Both the position numbers and the translations under genes were made by a program. Positions 8,887 to 17,446 of a DNA stretch of 25,005 nt are shown one piece after another (within the stretch, counting starts at the first letter, position 1; each line of letters begins with the position of its first letter). Location of the stretch: the IMG/VR virus record IMGVR_UViG_3300020477_000119, positions 1 through 25,005 of that record; one strand, given 5' to 3'. The DNA comes from a virus (Duplodnaviria; Caudoviricetes). A model generated the notes under the pieces. That model ran no database searches. It was not told where the DNA came from and worked only from the letters and a program-made list of their open reading frames with translations.

Positions 8887-11124
8887 CTATACCCTTGCGT
8901 TATCTGAAAACTCTATAGCCCATCCATAGATGTCAAAGTCAAATCCTGATTGGGATGCAAACCTTAAATACAATGACCTGCCTTTCCCTCGTACTTTATT
9001 ACGAGTTATAGTAACAGGAAAGCCACTATTAAAATCTAAAGATGTTGGAGTTTTATTATATGTCTTTAATATTCTATAGATATCTTGTGTCCTCGAATAC
9101 TTAGAAGAATTACTATGGTCTGCAAAATCCCATTTAGCTTGAAGGTAACAGCTACTTTGGTTCTGTAAATTAAACCCACCTGCCCCATCACTTATATAAC
9201 CTGTTTCTGTTCTTTTAGAATATACTAGGATATGTGGTGCTCTTCTAAAGTTTGTTACATTACCTTCAAGTAAATAACCAGTTTCAAAATAACTATCAAA
9301 ACTAACACCTGTACCATCTTTTGTTTTCCAATCCATAAAGTCATCGTTGTTAACTTGTGCAAATGTCCACTCAGATAAGTTAGTTCCAGGTACAGCACAT
9401 ATAAAAGCGGTTGCTGTTGTCCCACCCCTAATGACATCTATATCTGCAACAACAACTTCTGAGTCACTCTGTCTTATAACAGTATCCCCTGAAGAAGCTT
9501 GTATAACTGTATCAGTCTGTGTTACAGTTGACACTGAAGGTAAAGTAAATATACCAAATATATAAGGGGAGTTACTTGTTAATTCTCCTATTGCCCAAGG
9601 GTAAAATGCCCCTGCTGTTGTATCAAATATTAATGCTCTATTAAATTTATAACGATAGTTTGTATCATTACCAGCAGAATTAAACATCCAAGTAACACGC
9701 CTAGTTATTGGATCATAAGAACCTTGGGCGTATACCTTAGATACGTTAGGTACAGTATTATCGTAGTAAGTCTGTAAAGTTTTTTCTGATAATGATTGTG
9801 CTTCAATACGATCAGTAACTTCATTACGGCCTATACTATAAATACCCCTATCACTCCACCAAATAGGAGTACCTTCTACATCAACAATAGTTTCTTTACC
9901 TATTAAACCAACAGAAGATATGTTAGAAACAGAATAATCTGTAGGTGAAAACCCTGAACCTGCACTACCAGATACTTCCCATACCCCATTATCTGCAAAA
10001 ACTAAGAGGGATTCCCCTGTTACCTTTAATGATTTTATATTACCAGCTTCAGGAATAATAATAACCCCACCATCAGTTGCTACAAGGTCACTAATTTTTT
10101 CTGAAGTAGGGTCAGCTTCTTGGTAACATCGTCCTATTTTAGATTCATCTTCTATAATTTGGCTAAAGAAAATATGACCAGACATTGTTTCTTGTGGAGG
10201 ACCACCAAAGAAAGCTCTACCAGCAAAGAAAGCAACAGATTCAGGACGAGTTGTTGTTGTTTCTACAGATATACCTGCTACCCCAGAAACACTAGACCTG
10301 TCTTTATTAAAAGGATCAAGAATAAAATGCCCTCTAGGTGCTAATGTATTACCAAAAAATATTTTAGTAAGTTCAGCAGGGTCAAAGTTATCACTACTGT
10401 CTTTAGCTACCCACCATTGTTTATTATTTCCAGGGTATTTACTTTGACTAGAGTAGTAAGTTGTAATAGGATTTGTTACAGACCCACCTGGGCTAACCCA
10501 TCCTTGGTTTCTAAGGTTATAATTATGTGAAGTACTTAAACTAGTAGGTTCTTCATCGATATCAAGGGCAGGACTTTCTGTTACTCCATCAAAATCCCTA
10601 ATTTTTAAACCAATTTCAGTATTAGTGATAGAATCCCCACTGGAATTGTAAGTAACATAAAAGGGTTTTAGTTTTTTAGAGGTAATAAAAAGAAAACCTT
10701 TACCAAAAGCTACACTAACTAGTTCTGAACCTACATCTGTAGCAGATGGTGCAGCAAAAGAAGCTAGATTTGTTGTAAAACTTTTTAAATTCCCAGATAT
10801 AGGAGTACTTCCAAGATCATAGTAGTATAGTAAAGTATCTACTTGTACTACTAAAAACTTTTTATCTCCATCTCCACCTACTTCACCCCATTCAAAACAT
10901 CCTACAGCTTTAGTTTGCCATTTACTTTCGGCTAAACTTTTAGAAGTAAGAGCAGCAGAAGATTCATAGTCTATACCAAGTCTTCTACGAATATCCCCCT
11001 TTTTATCAAAGATACAATTAGACGTATCTGTGACTCCATTCTCAGGGAATGTTAAAGGAGTAGCTTCTGTGACAAGGCCACCTACAAAACTATTATAAAC
11101 TTTTAGGCTGTTGTTTCTTGGCAT
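8887..11124 (-). CDS. Tail tubular protein B / nozzle (T7 gp12, P22 gp10-like)
   Basis: 745 aa, beta-rich; N-terminal NSFVGGLVTEATPLTFPEN..RRRLG, central VAFFAGRAFF, C-terminal KVRGKGRSLYLRF; lies downstream of tube A. Confidence 0.85.
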   Translation of the reverse strand: MPRNNSLKVYNSFVGGLVTEATPLTFPENGVTDTSNCIFDKKGDIRRRLGIDYESSAALTSKSLAESKWQTKAVGCFEWGEVGGDGDKKFLVVQVDTLLYYYDLGSTPISGNLKSFTTNLASFAAPSATDVGSELVSVAFGKGFLFITSKKLKPFYVTYNSSGDSITNTEIGLKIRDFDGVTESPALDIDEEPTSLSTSHNYNLRNQGWVSPGGSVTNPITTYYSSQSKYPGNNKQWWVAKDSSDNFDPAELTKIFFGNTLAPRGHFILDPFNKDRSSVSGVAGISVETTTTRPESVAFFAGRAFFGGPPQETMSGHIFFSQIIEDESKIGRCYQEADPTSEKISDLVATDGGVIIIPEAGNIKSLKVTGESLLVFADNGVWEVSGSAGSGFSPTDYSVSNISSVGLIGKETIVDVEGTPIWWSDRGIYSIGRNEVTDRIEAQSLSEKTLQTYYDNTVPNVSKVYAQGSYDPITRRVTWMFNSAGNDTNYRYKFNRALIFDTTAGAFYPWAIGELTSNSPYIFGIFTLPSVSTVTQTDTVIQASSGDTVIRQSDSEVVVADIDVIRGGTTATAFICAVPGTNLSEWTFAQVNNDDFMDWKTKDGTGVSFDSYFETGYLLEGNVTNFRRAPHILVYSKRTETGYISDGAGGFNLQNQSSCYLQAKWDFADHSNSSKYSRTQDIYRILKTYNKTPTSLDFNSGFPVTITRNKVRGKGRSLYLRFASQSGFDFDIYGWAIEFSDNARV

Positions 11125-11374
11125 CTGATTTTAATTTTAACTCTGGTCTAGGGGATTTAGGGTCACGAGAAAATGTTGGTTGTTTCTTTATATAACAATC
11201 TCCTGCTGTTTGAACTTCTTTAAAACTAGTATATGATCCAGATAATTCATCAGGTAATTGTCCACCTTCTTTAAAATAGAAACAAAGAAAACCATAAGGG
11301 TTTTGTCTTTTTACTTGTAATGTTTTTCCTCTAGGCGTAGTCCACTCAAGATCTTCTACGGTTCGCTCTTCCAT
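11093..11374 (-). CDS. Small phage protein between tail tube A and B (93 aa)
   Basis: Start moved from 11428 to ATG 11374 (SD GGAAGGA). The motif GGQLPDELSGSYTS is one I recall at this position in related podoviruses. Confidence 0.6.
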   Translation of the reverse strand: MEERTVEDLEWTTPRGKTLQVKRQNPYGFLCFYFKEGGQLPDELSGSYTSFKEVQTAGDCYIKKQPTFSRDPKSPRPELKLKSDAKKQQPKSL

Positions 11375-12119
11375 AATTATTCCTTCCATAAGTATTAAAT
11401 GCAGATGCAGATACATTATGCCTATCACTTTGCCAACGTATCTTTTGTTTTAGTGCCATCTGTTCTGCTTTAGGGTTAGCCTGTTGGTTTAACTCTACGT
11501 GTGCAACAGATTTCACTTCATTCAATAGTAAAGGAAACAGGTTTACATCAAGGTCTGGTGTAAATGTATTAGACATAGTAAATGTTGGTTCTTGTATTGC
11601 CCATACAATAAACTTACTTGATTGTAATGTACTGTCTACATCACTATCGTAAGAATCAAAGACTAAATATTCATCGTCAAAACTTGTATAATATTCTGGA
11701 GATTTATCATTTTGTATTAGTACTTCTCCCCCATCAATAGTAACAGTTACAATATTACTACCAGAAGAAGATCTTGATAAAGTCCTTTGTAAAAATACTT
11801 CTGGTTCGATATAGCTCATTATACTATAATCTTTATCTGTACCTCCAGATTTAATTGTATTATAACGAACCTCTTCTACTCTTTGTATCCCATCAGGAAT
11901 TTTCATATGGGTAGGGGTAGCAGTAGCACCCAATGCAGTTAATGTAATAAGTTTTCTATGTTCGGGTATTTCAATATTATTAATTAAATCGTAGTATACG
12001 TCCCTAACAATATAAGCTACTTGTTCAGATTCTACTGTATCATCATAACTATTAACTGTATCACTATCCATAGATGATAATGTTCTTTGTACCATATCTA
12101 ATAATGTAAGTTTAGGCAT
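11346..12119 (-). CDS. Tail tubular protein A / adaptor (T7 gp11-like)
   Basis: LTLLDMVQRTLSSMDSDTVNSYDDTVESEQVA N-terminus characteristic of gp11-like gatekeepers; position upstream of tube B. Confidence 0.85.
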   Translation of the reverse strand: MPKLTLLDMVQRTLSSMDSDTVNSYDDTVESEQVAYIVRDVYYDLINNIEIPEHRKLITLTALGATATPTHMKIPDGIQRVEEVRYNTIKSGGTDKDYSIMSYIEPEVFLQRTLSRSSSGSNIVTVTIDGGEVLIQNDKSPEYYTSFDDEYLVFDSYDSDVDSTLQSSKFIVWAIQEPTFTMSNTFTPDLDVNLFPLLLNEVKSVAHVELNQQANPKAEQMALKQKIRWQSDRHNVSASAFNTYGRNNYGRANRRRS

Positions 12120-12462
12120 TGCCTTTTCCTATATGTGGGTGTGAACCATTGTGCATTTTACTTATTATTTGTATATCTCTTGTATTAACATCTGTACGAG
12201 CTTGTAAATCTTGTAACTCTCTATTATGTTTTTCTAAATTATCGGGGGATAGGATACTACCTAAGACTTTTACTTGGTGATGTATAACAGCAGAAGCAGA
12301 CTCTACATTATCTATACGCATATTAATATCTTCTAATTCTTTTTTTAAATTTTCAAGGTCTTTCATTACTCTTGCTAGGTTAGACTTGACCATTTGAAAT
12401 GACCCTGCTAATGTAGCAACAACAAACAGGAATTGAATAGCTTCTCTACTACCTAACTCCAT
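12112..12462 (-). CDS. Membrane-anchored coiled-coil protein, unknown function
   Basis: N-terminal hydrophobic segment AIQFLFVVATLAGSF followed by heptad repeats; stop/start overlap with the next gene. Confidence 0.6.
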   Translation of the reverse strand: MELGSREAIQFLFVVATLAGSFQMVKSNLARVMKDLENLKKELEDINMRIDNVESASAVIHHQVKVLGSILSPDNLEKHNRELQDLQARTDVNTRDIQIISKMHNGSHPHIGKGNA

Positions 12463-12699
12463 CTATTCCTCCATAGGTAGCATTTTCATAGGTCGGTAAC
12501 TTCCATCCATTGTCTTATGCATTTCTAATTTGCCTTTCTTACAAACCCAACGTGGCCCTTGGTATACATCACTTTCTCTTTCTATCTTTCGTTTAACCTT
12601 TAAACAATCACTTAATGACTTACGTGGGGTAAACTCCATCACTGTACCACTTACACTTGCAATCATTTGTAATATAAACCCGGTAAATATTTCTATCAT
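12463..12699 (-). CDS. Small protein with hydrophobic N-terminus and two Cys (SLSDCLKVKRKIER...WVCK)
   Basis: ATGA overlap with the upstream gene; motif type I recall from marine phages. Confidence 0.6.
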   Translation of the reverse strand: MIEIFTGFILQMIASVSGTVMEFTPRKSLSDCLKVKRKIERESDVYQGPRWVCKKGKLEMHKTMDGSYRPMKMLPMEE

Positions 12700-13088
12700 T
12701 TTCCATTAGTATATTTTAAGTTTCTTTGACTATCTTTAAGATCTTCAATATTACCCATAGCTTTCTCAACATCCTTTTGTAACCGTGATATATTGACAGC
12801 ATTATGTGCCATAGATTCTATAGTTGTTTGTATCTTTTCTACTTGGCCAGAAAGATGTTCTATTAACATATACTGCTCTTTGTCTGTAGGACTTTGGGGG
12901 GTTTTTATACGGAACTCATTGTTCTTTTCTAAATCAGATTGCATTAATTGTGATTTAGTTTCTAGTTTATTTAATCGTTCTACTACACCAAAATATGCCC
13001 ACGTTCCTACAGCTACTGCACTTACAATACTAATAAGATTACGTATTGGCATTGCTACTGATGTGGTTGAACTTACTTCTGTAGCCAT
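12696..13088 (-). CDS. Single-TM coiled-coil protein, unknown function
   Basis: TM segment NLISIVSAVAVGTWAYFGVV followed by a long coiled coil; TAATG coupling with the upstream gene. Confidence 0.65.
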   Translation of the reverse strand: MATEVSSTTSVAMPIRNLISIVSAVAVGTWAYFGVVERLNKLETKSQLMQSDLEKNNEFRIKTPQSPTDKEQYMLIEHLSGQVEKIQTTIESMAHNAVNISRLQKDVEKAMGNIEDLKDSQRNLKYTNGK

Positions 13089-13645
13089 TAAATACAGCCC
13101 TTACAAGCCCAACTAATGTACCAATACATTCCTAGGGCTACGCCTATAATTATTAATAGTTTACCAAATTCTTCTAAGGTTTTTTTAAGTTTCTTTTTAT
13201 TTTCATAAGCCCTATCTTTAGCTTCTTCTGCTTGTCGTTTTAATCTTTCATCTCTTTCTTTAATACGTTCCTGTCTTGTTTTTATAATTGTAGCCCACGT
13301 ATCTGCCCCAAAGCGTTTATTGAGCATCAAGGACATATTACGTATCTCTTTTTGTGCTTGTTTTTGCTCTATAATCTCAGCAGCTATCTCCTGTATACTA
13401 GTGCCATCCCCTTCTTCACCGCCAATTTTAGAACCTATAAATGTTTGCCACTTACCAGCAATACCTGACTTAGCTTTTTTCTTTTTAGCGGCAATCTTTT
13501 TATCAATATGTTCTTGCCCACTAAAAACATTATCTATATGATGGCTAATTTCATGTATATCTTGGCAAGTATGTATTACTTCCTTTATACCACTTACTGC
13601 ACTTTTAACTAGTTGGATACCAACTAAAGTTTCCGCTACTACCAT
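13088..13645 (-). CDS. Coiled-coil protein with C-terminal TM helix, unknown function
   Basis: 185 aa; charged coiled coil, then LLIIIGVALGMYWYISWAC. Confidence 0.65.
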   Translation of the reverse strand: MVVAETLVGIQLVKSAVSGIKEVIHTCQDIHEISHHIDNVFSGQEHIDKKIAAKKKKAKSGIAGKWQTFIGSKIGGEEGDGTSIQEIAAEIIEQKQAQKEIRNMSLMLNKRFGADTWATIIKTRQERIKERDERLKRQAEEAKDRAYENKKKLKKTLEEFGKLLIIIGVALGMYWYISWACKGCI

Positions 13646-13660
13646 TTATTATACACCAAA

Positions 13661-14074
13661 TTAACTAGGTTTATCAGGCCATGTTGGGTTATCGAGATCA
13701 GCGTCTTTAGTTATATCTCTTAGCTTTTGGCGATAAGTCTTCCATGCTGAAGTATCGGAGCCAGCATCTTCTAATGTCCAAATTGTATGGTCTGCTTCTT
13801 TTATTAAGGGGGATCTAATAGAACGTAATTTTTGTTTTTTCTGTTCTGTTTCTTCTGCTGTCTTAGCACTTGTATTAATAGCAACAGTCTTATTAGAAAC
13901 ATTAGGAATAAGATGCTGTATATCTGCATCAGGTTTCTCTACAGCATATACATTACTCAATCCTAATTCTGTAAGTTCTACAACTTTAGCATTGGCATCT
14001 GATTCAGCATCAAAGATATTATAACTGGTAATCTGATTATCTGAATTGACTTTGTTGACCGTTATCCACGCCAT
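13661..14074 (-). CDS. Tail fibre assembly chaperone-like protein (cassette 2)
   Basis: C-terminal LRSIRSPLIKEAD...WKTYRQKLRDIT...PTWPDKP is the Tfa-like chaperone signature. ATG 14074 with SD AGGTG is preferred to GTG 14083. Confidence 0.75.
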   Translation of the reverse strand: MAWITVNKVNSDNQITSYNIFDAESDANAKVVELTELGLSNVYAVEKPDADIQHLIPNVSNKTVAINTSAKTAEETEQKKQKLRSIRSPLIKEADHTIWTLEDAGSDTSAWKTYRQKLRDITKDADLDNPTWPDKPS

Positions 14075-14083
14075 ATTTTTCAC

Positions 14084-14860
14084 CTATGTATGTTTGATTC
14101 CGTAAGTCGAAACACGACCATTGTCTATATTTCCAGAGCTAGCATATATACTAAATTGCGTTATCGTATACATTCCAACTGTAGAGCCAGACAGCCAGCC
14201 AGCATGATGCGCTCGTGACTGATCTTTTGCACAATGCGTACCGTGAAACATCGGGTCTACTGGCCCACTGCTAGTAGAAATATGCAGATAAATCACAGCC
14301 GAGTATCCCTCACCTGTAGATGATCCTACCCAATCCGTAGTATTCACGATTGGCACAAAACTATCTGAACTATCACTTATGTTTGATTCATTACCTGCCT
14401 GATCAATATTTGAATGTACCCAAGCATAGTCTGAGGCTCCTGTTTTTAACCCACCACTGTCGCCCAACCTCATTCTAAGTCCACGATTGTCAGTTTCGGG
14501 AACGAGATTAGCGATTGTTATACAATAAGTATTATATGTGGAATTATCTAAGCCTGTAACGGTTACGGCTGAAGTAGCTGATGTAACATTAGTCATGTCC
14601 ACTAACGTCCATGCTCCACCTCCAGCAGCAGCCCAAGAGTTATCTCCTCTTAAAAAGGTTGAGCTTGAAGCTGTACCTGTAGCACTTAACTCGGCTACTC
14701 CTACAGCATCGTCAGCTAAATGCTCATTATCAATCGAAGCGGCAACATAATGCTCACTGTTAATTTGATCGTCAGCAATTTTAGCCGCTGTAATGGCATC
14801 TGCATCGATACCAGCCGTACCGACTAAACCTCTAGATGGTTGTACTCCTAAAAATGGCAT
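14084..14860 (-). CDS. Short tail fibre/adhesin protein (cassette 2)
   Basis: MPFLG N-terminus, ~10-aa AITAAKIADD-type repeats, STFLRGDNSW, AAAGGG hinge, beta-rich tip ending SSGNIDNGRVSTYGI. Confidence 0.75.
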   Translation of the reverse strand: MPFLGVQPSRGLVGTAGIDADAITAAKIADDQINSEHYVAASIDNEHLADDAVGVAELSATGTASSSTFLRGDNSWAAAGGGAWTLVDMTNVTSATSAVTVTGLDNSTYNTYCITIANLVPETDNRGLRMRLGDSGGLKTGASDYAWVHSNIDQAGNESNISDSSDSFVPIVNTTDWVGSSTGEGYSAVIYLHISTSSGPVDPMFHGTHCAKDQSRAHHAGWLSGSTVGMYTITQFSIYASSGNIDNGRVSTYGIKHT

Positions 14861-14874
14861 GTCCTACTCCTTAA

Positions 14875-15165
14875 TTAATCTGGTTTTGAAGGCCATGTTA
14901 TGTCCTCCCATTTCGATGGGTCAGATACAGTTGAAGGAAGATCACGTAAATCTGTTCTGTATTTTTTTCGAGCATCCGACATAGTTAAGTCACTATTAGC
15001 CCACCAATCTGTTTCTGCTAATAAAGTATTTCTTTTGTTCCTAATTGCTAACCAATCCCTGTCAGTTTTTTTATCTGCCCATGCTTTTTCTTCTGCATCC
15101 CTTGCAGTTTCTTCCTCTGATGAAAAGGCTACATTGCCATCTGGAGTTGCGTGGTGTCTTGCCAT
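14875..15165 (-). CDS. Tail fibre assembly chaperone-like protein (cassette 1)
   Basis: IRNKRNTLLAETDW...YRTDLRDLP...ITWPSKP signature; SD AGGAGG. Confidence 0.8.
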   Translation of the reverse strand: MARHHATPDGNVAFSSEEETARDAEEKAWADKKTDRDWLAIRNKRNTLLAETDWWANSDLTMSDARKKYRTDLRDLPSTVSDPSKWEDITWPSKPD

Positions 15166-15174
15166 TCTATCCTC

Positions 15175-15966
15175 CTAGCTCTTATTAATTCCGTACAAAT
15201 AAAAATTTCCAGATGAGATATTTCCAGAACTAAATTGAAATTTAATTGCAGTAATGGCAGTAGAACTTCTTATCTGACCACCCCCTGTACTCACGTATAT
15301 TCCTTGCCCACTAGCAGCTTGCGTGTGAACAGTTCTTATAAAGAACTTTTTCCAATTATCAGTCGCTCCCGGAGCACGTAAAATGAATTCCACGTCCATC
15401 ATTTCGTAAGTCGCATTTCCAGCCATCTCACCAGAACCGCTGTCCTTGTGAAATCCGATTCGACCTAAAGTACTCCCGTTATCAGCACCCGAAGTGCCTC
15501 CTTGATTAGCTCCATCGATTCGCCAATCGTATTCGTTTGTCGTTAAATAAGATGGCCCACTTGTTCCTGCTACAGCATAAAAATATACGTCATCACTTGC
15601 CGAATGGATATTTACCCCTTTAATAATATATTCTTCATAAGTCGTATCAATTCCAGAAGTAAAAGCTACAGTTGCAGAATCACTTGCAGTCACACTAGAG
15701 ATAAAGGTCATAGACCCTCCACCAGCAGCAGCAAATACTGGAACAGATCCAGCCCCTTGTGATTTTAAAAAGTGTCCAGAAGTCCCAGCACCTACAGTTG
15801 TTGGGTTGCCAGAAGCATCCCACGTAATTAACTCGCCATCCGTACCAGCCTTGAGTTCTGCAAGGCCAATAGCATCATTAGCCATCTTGGCTTCTGTGAC
15901 GATGTCATCTGCAAGATCGCCTGTCGTTAAAGCTGTTTCGGCTGGCTGTGATCCAAGGAATGGCAT
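15175..15966 (-). CDS. Short tail fibre/adhesin protein (cassette 1)
   Basis: MPFLG N-terminus, LADDIVTEAKMANDA repeats, AAAGGG hinge, tip ending SSGNISSGNFYLYGI; paralogous to 14084..14860. Confidence 0.75.
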   Translation of the reverse strand: MPFLGSQPAETALTTGDLADDIVTEAKMANDAIGLAELKAGTDGELITWDASGNPTTVGAGTSGHFLKSQGAGSVPVFAAAGGGSMTFISSVTASDSATVAFTSGIDTTYEEYIIKGVNIHSASDDVYFYAVAGTSGPSYLTTNEYDWRIDGANQGGTSGADNGSTLGRIGFHKDSGSGEMAGNATYEMMDVEFILRAPGATDNWKKFFIRTVHTQAASGQGIYVSTGGGQIRSSTAITAIKFQFSSGNISSGNFYLYGINKS

Positions 15967-16316
15967 TATGTTATCTCCATAAAGCTGAGTGAAATATCAA
16001 TATAATCATTAGCCGCAGCTTGAGCCGTTATACTATCTGTTGTTTGTAATACTATCTTCTGTCCAGCAAAAACCTCTAGCGTAGACTTTGCAGGAATTTC
16101 TGTATCTTTCAGAAGGTAGACGTTAGCATTTGTATTCGGGTTACTTCCTGCTGTATCCGACACCAGAATTACATCAATGTCTGTGGCCGCACTGTGGCGG
16201 TTACAGATTGTCATGCCCAGTATTACAGTTGTCGTACTACCGGGTACTGTATAAATAGTATCCGCTGAACTGTGATCTACGGATGCCCGTGTTGCTACTT
16301 TAAATGTGTTTGCCAT
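15966..16316 (-). CDS. Small beta-rich virion protein (MANTFK type), probably fibre-associated
   Basis: MANTFK...IYTVP...TVILGMTICN...KIVLQTTDSI...DISLSFMEIT; follows a fibre gene ending in ALSIALG, a pairing I recall from marine phages; SD AAGGAG. Confidence 0.65.
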   Translation of the reverse strand: MANTFKVATRASVDHSSADTIYTVPGSTTTVILGMTICNRHSAATDIDVILVSDTAGSNPNTNANVYLLKDTEIPAKSTLEVFAGQKIVLQTTDSITAQAAANDYIDISLSFMEIT

Positions 16317-16351
16317 AATTGCTCCTTCGGGATACTTCCCCCATTGTTAAA

Positions 16352-17446
16352 TCATCCTAATGCGATACTCAAAGCTACTGCCGTTGCTTCACTTACTTCA
16401 CCATCTGACCCTGCTGCTCCAGTATCCCCTTTATCCCCTGTCCTAGAAAAAGATAAATGTACTGCATCTCCATCTGAAATAGTCCCTGCACTTACGACAT
16501 GGGTACAAGCTACTTTAGAATACGTAGACGCAGAGGTAACTGAACCAGTTACGTTATATACATGATAATTTTCTGGGGCTAATTGTTTTTTAATAGAGAT
16601 CCTACCTTTAACAGAACTTCCAGAATCATCAAAAGAATCTACAAAACTATTTATATTGGCAGCATTACTATCAACATCATCTATATAAACAACTGTAGCT
16701 GAAGAAGCTGTTCCATGATTAAGCCAAACTTTACCTGCACCCTGATCGGTATCTGTTGTAGTTGATTCAAAAGCTAATTCAATTCCTTCACCAGAACCAG
16801 TTGCACCAGTAGACCCGGTATCTCCTGTAGCCCCGGTATTTCCTGTCCTAATAAAATTAACTGTTACTGGATCTCCATCAGCTAACGTACCTGCTCCAAT
16901 CATATAATTTACAGGTATCTTAGTATACCCACTAGCATCTGTAACTGCACCATCTATTTCAAATACAGCATAGTTTACTGCTGATGCTTTCTGTATAACA
17001 TAGATATAACCTCTGCTTGCAGTTGTAGTAGAGTTATCCCATGTCTGTACAAAGGTAGCTATGTTAGCAGAGTTTGTATCTACATCATCCATATATAGAA
17101 TTGTAGCAGAAGCGATAGCTGCATTAAACCAAACTTTCCCATTCCCTTGATCTGAGTCTGTTGTAGTTGTTTCCATAGTCATACTTAAACCTGGAACCTG
17201 TCCAGTAGCAGCCGTTAACTGTGAAAGATTTACTCCATCTGCGGCAGATGTCCCAGCAGCAACATTAAGTATTTTGTTACTATTCATATCTAAACTAGCA
17301 GTCATGGTATTTGTAGCAGTACCATCCCTGCTAAGAGTATTTTCCATTGCAGTTTCTACTAATGCAAAGTTTGCATTAAGAGTATTAACAGAAGAAGTTT
17401 CGTTAGAAGATAATGAGGTAAGATCAGTAGTTGTTAATTTTGGCAT
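16352..17446 (-). CDS. Tail fibre protein with tail-anchor N-terminus, two repeated domains and collagen-like linkers
   Basis: TLSRDGTATNTMTASLDMNSNKILNV anchor motif; two ~117-aa repeats; Gly-X-Y runs (GNTGATGDTGSTGATG, GDKGDTGAAGSDG). Confidence 0.75.
   Translation of the reverse strand: MPKLTTTDLTSLSSNETSSVNTLNANFALVETAMENTLSRDGTATNTMTASLDMNSNKILNVAAGTSAADGVNLSQLTAATGQVPGLSMTMETTTTDSDQGNGKVWFNAAIASATILYMDDVDTNSANIATFVQTWDNSTTTASRGYIYVIQKASAVNYAVFEIDGAVTDASGYTKIPVNYMIGAGTLADGDPVTVNFIRTGNTGATGDTGSTGATGSGEGIELAFESTTTDTDQGAGKVWLNHGTASSATVVYIDDVDSNAANINSFVDSFDDSGSSVKGRISIKKQLAPENYHVYNVTGSVTSASTYSKVACTHVVSAGTISDGDAVHLSFSRTGDKGDTGAAGSDGEVSEATAVALSIALG

Larger units (their letters stand above)
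13661..15966 (-). repeat. Diverged tandem duplication of a fibre + chaperone cassette (~1.1-kb period)
   Basis: Parallel motifs at the N-termini, hinge (CCAGCAGCAGC at 14622-14632 and 15722-15732 on +) and C-termini of both gene pairs. Confidence 0.75.

Noticed and set aside
9255-9437. 60-aa minus-strand ORF nested in tail tube B
   Set aside because: Alternative frame inside a conserved gene; no lipobox or recognisable motif.
13646-13680. TATAAT upstream of the 185-aa gene
   Set aside because: Only 2 nt from the ATG and with a weak -35; not a convincing promoter.
14084-15966. Diversity-generating retroelement or invertible shufflon acting on the fibre tips
   Set aside because: No near-identical TR/VR pair with adenine-specific mismatches, no inverted cassettes, and no reverse transcriptase or invertase in the window.
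12105-17446. Identical MPKLT N-termini in tail tube A and the anchored fibre
   Set aside because: Only five residues with different codons; likely coincidence.
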